Under the pieces are notes generated by a model that made no database searches, was not told where the DNA came from, and worked only from the letters and a program-made list of their open reading frames with translations. Below, one piece after another: positions 27,501 through 38,900 of a DNA stretch of 64,000 bases. The translations under genes were made by a program, and so were the position numbers. The first letter of the stretch is position 1, and each line of letters opens with the position of its first letter. The DNA lies in assembly GCA_043228905.1 (NCBI GenBank), contig JBHGNT010000042.1, positions 157,959 to 221,958 on the forward strand, read 5' to 3'. The stretch is from Azolla caroliniana (lineage: Eukaryota > Plantae > Polypodiophyta).

Positions 27501-27761
27501 TGGAATAAAAAGATCAAGATTTTGAAACTCAGGTCGAGAGACATGAATAAATTAGCAAATTTGAGGCGGGAGTGGACAAGAGCAACTAGGTAAATTAAAA
27601 TGTTCATACCTTGCTCCTGCGAATTGAAGCTAATAACGCTAGCTCTGATATGGAATTAAAAAATCAAGATTTTGAAACTCACCTCGAGAGAGATGAAGAA
27701 ATTAGCAAATTTGAGGCGGTAGTGGAGAAGATCGCGCTAGTAAATTAAAATGTTCATACCT
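15597..27761 (+). repeat. 38-monomer super-HOR (6708 bp, ~1.8 copies) containing a nested 13-monomer HOR (2286 bp)
   Basis: ORF pairs 15975/22683, 16687/23395, 17221/23929, 18973/25681 and 19507/26215 are all 6708 apart (38x178-56). Inner spacing 16687/18973/21259 is 2286 (13x178-28). The 28-bp deletion marker lies at 18621, 20907, 25329 and 27615. Confidence 0.93.
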
Positions 27762-28729
27762 GGCTCGTGTAATATCGGATTTCTGTGTTTAAAAATGCGA
27801 ATCGAAGCTAACAATGTTAGCTCTAATATTGGATTAAAAAATGAAGATTTTGAAACTCACCTCGAGAGAGATGAATAAATTAGCAAATTTGAGGAGGTAG
27901 TGGAGAAGATCGCAATAGTAAATTAAAATGTTCATACCTGGCTTGTGTGATATTGGATTTCTGTGTTTAAAAATGTGAATCGAAGCTAACACCGCGAGCT
28001 CTAATATGGAATTAAAAAATCAAGATTTTGAAACTCAGGTCGAGAGCCATGAAGAAATTAGCATATTTGAGGAGGTAGTGGAGAAGAGCGCGTTAGTAAA
28101 TTAAAATGTTCATACCTGGCTCGTGTGATATCGGATTTCTGTGTTTAAACATGCGAATCGAAGCTAACAACGCTGGCTCTGATATGGAGTGAAAAAATCA
28201 AGATTTTGAAACTCAGGTCGAGAGACATGAATAAATTAGCAAATTTGAGGCGGGAGTTGACAAGAGCAACTAGGTAAATTAAAATGTTCATACCTGGCTC
28301 CTGTGATATCGGATTTATGTGTTCAAACATGCGAATCGAAGCTAATAACGGTATCTCTTATATGGAATTAAGAAATCAAGATTTTGAAACTCACCTCGAG
28401 AGACATGAAGAAAGTAGCAAATTTGAGGAGGTAGTGGAGAAGAGCGCGTTAGTAAATTAAAATGTTCATACCTGGCTCGTGTGATATCGGATTTCTGTGT
28501 TTAAAAATGCGAATCGAAGCTAACAACGCTAGCTCTAATATGGAATTAAAAAATCAAGATTTTGAAACTCAGGTCGAGAGACATGAAGAAATTAGCAAAT
28601 TTGAGGAGGGAGTTTAGAAGAGCGCGTTAGTAAATTAAAATGTTCATACCTGGCTTCTGTGACATTGGATTTCTGTGTTCAAACATGCGAATCGAAGTTA
28701 ACAACGCTTGCTATAATATGGAGTAAAAA

Positions 28730-31700
28730 AATCAAGATTTTGAGACTCAGGTCGAGAGACATGAAGAAATTAGCAAATATGAGGCGGGAGTTGACAAGAC
28801 CAAGTAGGTAAATTAAAATGTTCATACCTGGCTCGTGTGATATCGGATTTTTATGTTTAAGCATGCGAATCGAAGCTAATAACGCTATCTCTGATATGGA
28901 ATTAAAAAATCAAGATTTTGAAACTCACCTCGAGAGACATGAAGAAAGTAGCAAATTTGAGGAGGTAGTGGAGAAGAGCGCGTTAGTAAATTAAAATGTT
29001 CATACCTGGCTCGTGTGATATCGGATTTCTGTGTTTAAAAAAGCGAATCGAAGCTAAAAACGCTAGCTCTGATATGGAATGAAAAAATCAAGATTTTGAA
29101 ACTCAGGTCGAGAGACATGAATAAATTAGCAAATTTGAGGCGGGAGTGGACAAGAGCAACTAGGTAAATTAAAATGTTCATACCTGGCTCCTGTGATATC
29201 GGATTTCTGTGTTCAAACATGCGAATCGAAGCTAATAACGGTATGTCTTATATGGAATTAAGAAATCAAGATTTTGAAACTCACCTCGAGAGACATGAAG
29301 AAAGTAGCAAATTTGAGGAGGTAGTGGAGAAGAGCGCGTTAGTAAATTAAAATGTTCATACCTGGCTCGTGTGATATCGGATTTCTGTGTTTAAAAATGC
29401 TAATCGAAGCTAAGAACGCTAGCTCTAATATGGAATTGAAAAATCAAGATTTTGAAACTCATGTCGAGAGACATGAAGAAATTAGCAAATATGAGGCGGG
29501 AGTTTAGAAGAGCTCGTTAGTAAATTAAAATGTTCATACCTGGCTTCTGTGACATTGGATTTCTGTGTTCAAACATGGGAATCGAAGTTAACAACGCTTG
29601 CTATAATATGGAGTAAACAAATAAGGATTTTGAAACTCAGGTCGAGAGACATGAAAAAATTAGCAAATCTGAGGAGGGAGTTTAGAAGAGCGCGTTAGTA
29701 AATTAAAATGTTCATACCTGGCTTCTGTGACATTGGATTTCTGTGTTCAAACATGCGAATCGAAGTTAACAACGCTTGCTATAATATGGAGTAGAAAAAT
29801 CAAGATTTTGAAACTCAGGTCGAGAGACATGAATAAATTAGCAAATTTGAGGCAGGAGTTGACAAGAGCAACTAGGTAAATCAAAATGTTCATACCTGGC
29901 TCCTGTGATATCGGATTTCTGTGTTCAAACATGCGAATCGAAGCTAATAACGCTAGCTCTGATATGGAATTAAAAAATGAAGATTTTGAAACTCACCTCG
30001 AGAGAGATGAAGAAATTAGCAAATTTGAGGAGGTAGTGGAGAAGAGCGCGTTAGTAAATTAAAATGTTCATACCTGGCTCGTGTGATATCGGATTACTGT
30101 GTTCAAACATGCGAATCGAAGCTAATAACGCTAGCTCTGATATGGAATTAAAAAATCAAGAGTTTGAAACTCAGGTCGACAGACATCAAGAAATTAGCAA
30201 ATTTGAGGGAGTTTAGAAGAGCGCGTTAGTAAATTAAAATGTTCATACCTGGCTCGTGTGATTTCGGATTTCTGTGTTTAAAAATGCGAATCGAAGCTAA
30301 CAACGTTAGCACTAATATGGAATTAAATAATCAAGATTTTGAAACTCACCTCGAGAGAGATGAAGAAATTAGCAAATTTGAGGAGGTAGTGGAGAAGATC
30401 GCGCTAGTAAATTAAATTGTTCATCCCGTGTGATATTGGATTTCTGTGTTTAAAAATGCGAATCGAAGCTAACAACGCGAGCTCTAATATGGTATTAAAA
30501 AATCAAGATTTTGAAACTCAGGTCGAGAGACATGAAGAAATTAGCATATTTGAGGAGGTAGTGGAGAAGAGCGCGTTAGTAAATTAAAATGTTCATACCT
30601 GGCTCGTGTGATATCGGATTTCTGTCTTTAAACATGCGAATCGAAGCTAACAACGCTAGCTCTGATATGGAATGAAAAAATCAAGATTTTGAAACTCAGG
30701 TCGAGAGACATGAATAAATTAGCAAATTTGAGGCGGGAGTTGACAAGAGCAACTAGGTAAATTAAAATGTTCACACCTGGCTCCTGTGATATCGGATTTC
30801 TGTGTTCAAACATGCAAATCGAAGCTAATAACGCTAGCTCTGATATGGAATGAAAAAATCAAGATTTTGAAACTCACCTCGAGAGAGATGAAGAAATTAG
30901 CAAATTTGAGGAGGTAGTGGAGAAGAGCGCGTTAGTAAATTAAAATATTCATACCTGGCTCGCGTGATATCGGACTTCTGTGTTAAAACATGCGAATCGA
31001 AGCTAATAACGCTAGTTCTGATATGGAATTAAAAAATCAAGATTTTGAAACTCAGGTCGACAAACATGAAGAAATTAGCAAATTTGAGGAGGTCGTGGAG
31101 AAGAGCGCGTTAGTAAATTAAAATGTTCATACCTGGCTCGTGTGATATCGGATTTTTATGTTTAAACATGCGAATCGAAGCTAATAACGCTATCTCTGAT
31201 ATGAAAATAAAAAATCAAGATTTTGAAACTCAGGTCGAGAGACATGAAGAAATTAGCAAATTTGAGGAGGCAGTTTAGAAGAGCGCGTTAGTAAATTAAA
31301 ATGTTCATACCTGGCTTCTGTGACATTGGATTTCTGTGTTCAAACATGCGAATCGAAGTTAACAACGCTTGCTATAATATGGAGTAAAAAAATCAAGATT
31401 TTGAAACTCAGGTCGAGAGACATGAATAAATTAGCAAATTTGAGGAGGGAGTGGACAAGAGCAACTAGGTAAATTAAAATGTTCATACCTGGCTCCTGTG
31501 ATATCGGATTTATGTGTTCAAACATGCGAATCGAAGCTAATAACGGTATCTCTTATATGGAATTAAGAAATCAAGATTTTGAAACTCACCTCGAGAGACA
31601 TGAAGAAAGTAGCAAATTTGAGGAGGTAGTAGAGAAGAGCGCGTTTGTAAATTAAAATGTTCATACCTGGCTCGTGTAATATCGGATTTCTGTGTTTAAA

Positions 31701-34700
31701 AATGCGAATCGAAGCTAACAACGTTAGCTCTAATATTGTATTAAAATATGAAGATTTTGAAATTCACCTCGAGAGAGATGAAGAAATTAGCAAATTTGAG
31801 GAGGTAGTGGAGAAGATCGCGCTAGTAAATTAAAATGTTCATACCTGGCTCGTGTGATATCGGATTTTTATGTTTAAACATGCGAATCGAAGCTAATAAC
31901 GCTATCTCTGATATGAAAATAAAAAATCAAGATTTTGAAACTCAGGTCGAGAGACATGAAGAAATTAGCAAATTTGAGGAGGGAGTTTAGAAGAGCGCGT
32001 TAGTAAATTAAAATGTTCATACCTGGCTTCTGTGACATTGGATTTCTGTGTTCAAACATGCGAATCGAAGTTAACAACGCTTGCTATCATATCGAGTAAA
32101 AAAATCAAGATTTTGAAACTCAGGTCGAGAGACATGAATAAATTAGCAAATTTGAGGCGGGAGTTGACAAGAGCAACTAGGTAAATTAAAATGTTCATAC
32201 CTGGCTCCTGTGATATCGGATTTATGTGTTCAAACATGCGAATCGAAGCTAATAACGGTATCTCTTATATGGAATTAAGAAATCAAGATTTTGAAACTCA
32301 CCTCGAGAGACATGAAGAAAGTAGCAAATTTGAGGAGGTAGTGGAGAAGAGCGCGTTAGTAAATTAAAATGTTCATACGTGGCTCGTGTGATATTGGATT
32401 TCTGTGTTTAAAAATGCGAATCGAAGCTAACAACGCTAGCTCTAATACGGAATTAAAAAATCAAGATTTTGAGACTCAGGTCGAGAGACATGAAAAAATT
32501 AGCAAATATGAGGCGGGAGTTGACAAGACCAAGTAGGTAAATTAAAATGTTCATACCTGGCTCGTGTGATATCGGATTTTTATGTCTAAGCATGCGAATC
32601 GAAGCTAATAACGCTATCTCTGATATGGATTTAAAAAATCAAGATTTTGAAACTCAGGTCGAGAAACATGAAGAAATTAGCAAATTTGAGGAGGGAGTTT
32701 AGAAGAGCGCGTTAGTAAATTAAAATGTTCATACCTGGCTTCTGTGACATTGGATTTCTGTGTTCAAACATGCGAATCGAATTTAACAACGCTTGCTATA
32801 ATATGGAGTAAAAAAATCAAGATTTTGAAACTCAGGTCGAGAGAAATGAAGAAAGTAGCAAATTTGAGGAGGTAGTGGAGAAGAGCGCGTTAGTAAATTA
32901 AAATGTTCATACCTGGCTCGTGTGATATCGGATTTCTGTCTTTAAAAATGCGAATCGAAGCTAACAACGCTAGCTCTAATACGGAATTAAAAAATCAAGA
33001 TTTTGAGACTCAGGTCGAGAGACATGAAGAAATTAGCAAATATGAGGCGGGAGTTGACAAGACCAAGTAGGTAAATTAAAATGTTCATACCTGGCTCGTG
33101 TGATATCGGATTTTTATGTTTAAGCATGCGAATCGAAGCTAATAACGCTATCTCTGATATGGAATTAAAAAATCAAGATTTTGAAACTCACCTCGAGAGA
33201 CATGAAGAAAGTAGCAAATTTGAGGAGGTAGTGGAGAAGAGCGCGTTAGTAAATTAAAATGTTCATACCTGGCTCGTGTGATATCGGATTTCTGTGTTTA
33301 AAAAAGCGAATCGAAGCTAAAAACGCTAGCTCTGATATGGAATGAAAAAATCAAGATTTTGAAACTCAGGTCGAGAGACATGAATAAATTAGCAAATTTG
33401 AGGCGGGAGTGGACAAGAGCAACTAGGTAAATTAAAATGTTCATACCTGGCTCCTGTGATATCGGATTTCTGTGTTCAAACATGCGAATCGAAGCTAATA
33501 ACGGTATCTCTTATATGGAATTAAGAAATCAAGATTTTGAAACTCACCTCGAGAGACATGAAGAAAGTAGCAAATTTGAGGAGGTAGTGGAGAAGAGCGC
33601 GTTAGTAAATTAAAATGTTCATACCTGGCTCGTGTGATATCGGATTTCTGTGTTCAAAAATGCTAATCGAAGCTAACAACGCTAGCTCTAATATGGAATT
33701 GAAAAATCAAGATTTTGAAACTCAGGTCGAGAGACATGAAGAAATTAGCAAATATGAGGCGGGAGTTTAGAAGAGCTCGTTAGTAAATTAAAATGTTCAT
33801 ACCTGGCTTCTGTGACATTGGATTTCTGTGTTCAAACATGGGAATCGAAGTTAACAACGCTTGCTATAATATGGAGTAAACAAATAAGGATTTTGAAACT
33901 CAGGTCGAGAGACATTAAAAAATTAGCAAATCTGAGGAGGGAGTTTAGAAGAGCGCGTTAGTAAATTAAAATGTTCATACCTGGCTTCTGTGACATTGGA
34001 TTTCTGTGTTCAAACATGCGAATCGAAGTTAACAACGCTTGCTATAATATGGAGTAGAAAAATCAAGATTTTGAAACTCAGGTCGAGAGACATGAATAAA
34101 TTAGCAAATTTGAGGCAGGAGTTGACAAGAGCAACTAGGTAAATTAAAATGTTCATACCTGGCTCCTGTGATATCGGATTTATGTGTTCAAACATGCGAA
34201 TCGAAGCTAATAACGCTAGCTCTGATATGGAATTAAAAAATGAAGATTTTGAAACTCACCTCGAGAGAGATGAAGAAATTAGCAAATTTGAGGAGGTAGT
34301 GGAGAAGAGCGCGTTAGTAAATTAAAATGTTCATACCTGGCTCGTGTGATATCGGATTACTGTGTTCAAACATGCGAATCGAAGCTAATAACGCTAGCTC
34401 TGATATGGAATTAAAAAATCAAGAGTTTGAAACTCAGGTCGACAGACATCAAGAAATTAGCAAATTTGAGGGAGTTTAGAAGAGCGCGTTAGTAAATTAA
34501 AATGTTCATACCTGGCTCGTGTGATATCGGATTTCTGTGTTTAAAAATGCGAATCGAAGCTAACAACGTTAGCACTAATATGGAATTAAATAATCAAGAT
34601 TTTGAAACTCACCTCGAGAGAGATGAAGAAATTAGCAAATTTGAGGAGGTAGTGGAGAAGATCGCGCTAGTAAATTAAATTGTTCATCCCGTGTGATATT

Positions 34701-35930
34701 GGATTTCTGTGTTTAAAAATGCGAATCGAAGCTAACAACGCGAGCTCTAATATGGTATTAAAAAATCAAGATTTTGAAACTCAGGTCGAGAGACATGAAG
34801 AAATTAGCATATTTGAGGAGGTAGTGGAGAAGAGCGCGTTAGTAAATTAAAATGTTCATACCTGGCTCGTGTGATATCGGATTTCTGTCTTTAAACATGC
34901 GAATCGAAGCTAACAACGCTAGCTCTGATATGGAATGAAAAAATCAAGATTTTGAAACTCAGGTCGAGAGACATGAATAAATTAGCAAATTTGAGGCGGG
35001 AGTTGACAAGAGCAACTAGGTAAATTAAAATGTTCACCTGGCTCCTGTGATATCGGATTTCTGTGTTCAAACATGCGAATCGAAGCTAATAACGCTAGCT
35101 CTGATATGGAATGAAAAAATCAAGATTTTGAAACTCACCTCGAGAGAGATGAAGAAATTAGCAAATTTGAGGAGGTAGTGGAGAAGAGCGCGTTAGTAAA
35201 TTAAAATGTTCATACCTGGCTCGCGTGATATCGGACTTCTGTGTTAAAACATGCGAATCGAAGCTAATAACGCTAGTTCTGATATGGAATTAAAAAATCA
35301 AGATTTTGGAACTCAGGTCGACAAACATGAAGAAATTAGCAAATTTGAGGGGGTCGTGGAGAAGAGCGCGTTAGTAAATTAAAATGTTCATACCTGGCTC
35401 GTGTGATATCGGATTTTTATGTTTAAACATGCGAATCGAAGCTAATAACGCTATCTCTGATATGAAAATAAAAAATCAAGATTTTGAAACTCAGGTCGAG
35501 AGACATGAAGAAATTAGCAAATTTGAGGAGGCAGTTTAGAAGAGCGCGTTAGTAAATTAAAATGTTCATTCCTGGCTTCTGTGACATTGGATTTCTGTGT
35601 TCAAACATGCGAATCGAAGTTAACAACGCTTGCTATAATATGGAGTAAAAAAATCAAGATTTTGAAACTCAGGTCGAGAGACATGAATAAATTAGCAAAT
35701 TTGAGGAGGGAGTGGACAAGAGCAACTAGGTAAATTAAAATGTTCATACCTGGCTCCTGTGATATCGGATTTATGTGTTCAAACATGCGAATCGAAGCTA
35801 ATAACGGTATCTCTTATATGGAATTAAGAAATCAAGATTTTGAAACTCACCTCGAGAGACATGAAGAAAGTAGCAAATTTGAGGAGGTAGTAGAGAAGAG
35901 CGCGTTAGTAAATTAAAATGTTCATACCTG
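28730..35930 (+). repeat. 24-monomer HOR (4263 bp), ~1.7 copies
   Basis: ORFs 29035/33298 and 29747/34010 are 4263 apart (24x178-9). A 3-bp deletion (~30206/34469) and a 6-bp deletion ('tcatcccgtg', ~30421/34684) account for the 9 bp. Private markers are 'aaaaaagcg', 'aaacaaataagg' and 'ggcagg'. Confidence 0.9.
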
Positions 35931-38900
35931 GCTCGTGTGATATTGGATTTCTGTGTTTAAAAATGCGAATCGAAGCTAACAACGTTAGCTCTGATATCAA
36001 AATATAAAATCAAGATTTTGAAACTCAGGTCGAGAGACATGAAGAAATTAGCAAATTTGAGGGAGTTTAGAAGAGCGCGTTAGTAAATTAAAATGTTCAT
36101 ACCTGGTTTCTATGACATTGGATTTCTTTGTTCAAACATGCGAATCGAAGCTAACAACGCTTGCTATAATATGGAGTAAAAAAATCATGATTTTGAAACT
36201 CAGGTCGAGAGACATGAATAAATTAGCAAATTTGAGGAGGGAGTTGACAAGAGCAACTAGGTAAATTAAAATGTTCATACCTGGCTCCTGTGATATCGGA
36301 TTTATGTGTTCAAAATAACACTATCTCTTATATGGAATTAAAAAATCAAGATTTTGAAACTCACCTTGAGAGACATGAAGAAATTAGCAAATTTGAGGAG
36401 GTAGTGGAGAAGAGCGCGTTAGTAAATTAAAATGTTCATACCTGGCTCGTGTGATATCGGATTTCTGTAATTAAAAATGCGAATCGAAGCTAACAACGCT
36501 AGCTCTAATACGGTATTAAAAAATCAAGATTTTGAAACTCAGGTCGAGAGACATGAAGAAATTAGCAAATATGAGGCGGGAGTTGACAAGACCAAGTAGG
36601 TAAATTAAAATTTTGATACCTGGCTCGTGTGATATCCGATTTCTGTGTTTTAAAATGCGAATCGAAGCTAACAACGCTAGCTCGAATATGAAATTAAAAA
36701 ATCAAGATTTTGAAACTCAGGTCGAGAGACATGAAGAAATTAGCAAATTTGAGGCGGGAGTGGACAAGAGCAACTAGGTAAATTAAAATGTTCATACCTG
36801 GCTCCTGTGATATCGGATTTATGTGTTCAAACATGCGAATCGAAGCTAATAACACTATCTCTAATATGGAATTAAAAAATCAAGATTTTGAAACTCAGGT
36901 CGAAAGACATGAAGAAATTAGCAAATTTGAGGAGGTAGTGGAGAAGATCGCGTTAGTAAATTAAAATGTTCAGACCTGGCTCGTGTGATCTCGGATTTTT
37001 GTGTTCAAACATGCGAATCGAAGCTAATAACGCTATCTCTGATATGAAAATAAAAAATCAAGATTTTGAAACTCAGGTCGAGAGACATGAAGAAATTAGC
37101 AAATTTGAGGAGGGAGTTTAGAAGAGCGCGTTAGTAAATTAAAATGTTCCTACCTGGCTTCTGTGACATTGGATTTCTGTGTTCAAACATGCGAATCGAA
37201 GTTAACAACGCTTGCTATAATATGGAGTAAAAAAATCAAGATTTTGAAACTCAGGTCGAGAGACATGAATAAATTAGCAAATTTGAGGCGGGAGTGGACA
37301 AGAGCAACTAGGTAAATTAAAATGTTCATACCTGGCTCCTGTGATATCGGATTTCTGTGTTCAAACCTGCGAATCGAAGCTAATAACGCTAGCTCCGATA
37401 TGGAATTAAAAAATCAAGATTTTGAAACTCACCTCTCGAGAGATGAAGAAATTAGCAAATTTGAGGAGGTAGTGGAGAAGAGCGCGTTAGTAAATTAAAA
37501 TGTTGATACCTGGCTCGTGTGATATCGGATTTCTGTGTTTAAAAATGCGAATCGAAGCTAACAACGCTAGCTCTGATATGGAATGAAAAAATCAAGATTT
37601 TGAAACTCAGGTCGAGAGACATGAATAAATTAGCAAATTTGAGGAGGGAGTGGACAAGAGCAACTAGGTAAATTAAAATGTTCATACCTGGCTCCTGTGA
37701 TATCGGATTTCTGTGTTCAAACCTGCGAATCGAAGCTAATAACGCTAGCTCTGATATGGAATTAAAAAATCAAGATTTTGAAACTGAGGTCGACAGAAAT
37801 GAAGAAATTAGCAAATTTGAGGAGGTAGTGGAGAAGAGCGCGTTAGTAAATTAAAATGTTCATACCTGGCTCGTGTGATATCGGATTTTTATGTTTAAAC
37901 ATGCGAATCGAAGCTAATAACGCTATCTCTGATATCAAAATATAAAATCAAGATTTTGAAACTCAGGTCGAGAGAAATGAAGAAAGTAGCAAATTTGAGG
38001 AGGTAGTGGAGAAGAGCGCGTTAGTAAATTAAAATGTTCATACCTGGCTCGTGTGATATCGGATTTCTGTCTTTAAAAATGCGAATCGAAGCTAACAACG
38101 CTAGCTCTAATACGGAATTAAAAAATCAAGATTTTGAGACTCAGGTCGAGAGACATGAAGAAATTAGCAAATATGAGGCGGGAGTTGACAAGACCAAGTA
38201 GGTAAATTAATATGTTCATACCTGGCTCGTGTGATATCGGATTTTTATGTTTAAGCATGCGAATCGAAGCTAATAACGCTATCTTTGATATGGAATTAAA
38301 AAATCAAGATTTTGAAACTCACCTCGAGAGACATGAAGAAAGTAGCAAATTTGAGGAGGTCGTGGAGAAGAGCGCGTTAGTAAATTAAAATGTTCATACC
38401 TGGCTCGTGTGATATCGGATTTTTATGTTTAAACATGCGAATCGAAGCTAATAACGCTATCTCTGATATGAAAATAAAAAATCAAGATTTTGAAACTCAG
38501 GTCGAGAGACATGAAGAAATTAGCAAATTTGAGGAGGGAGTTTAGAAGAGCGCGTTAGTAAATTAAAATGTTCATACCTGGCTTCTGTGACATTGGATTT
38601 CTGTGTTCAAACATGCGAATCGAAGCTAACAACGCTTGCTATAATATGGAGTAAAAAAATCATGATTTTGAAACTCAGGTCGAGAGACATGAATAAATTA
38701 GCAAATTTGAGGCGGGAGTGGACAAGAGCAACTAGGTAAATTAAAATGTTCATACCTGGCTCCTGTGATATCGGATTTATGTGTTCAAACATGCGAATCG
38801 AAGCTAATAACACTATCTCTAATATGGAATTAAAAAATCAAGATTTTGAAACTCAGGTCGAAAGACATGAAGAAATTAGCAAATTTGAGGAGCTAGTGGA

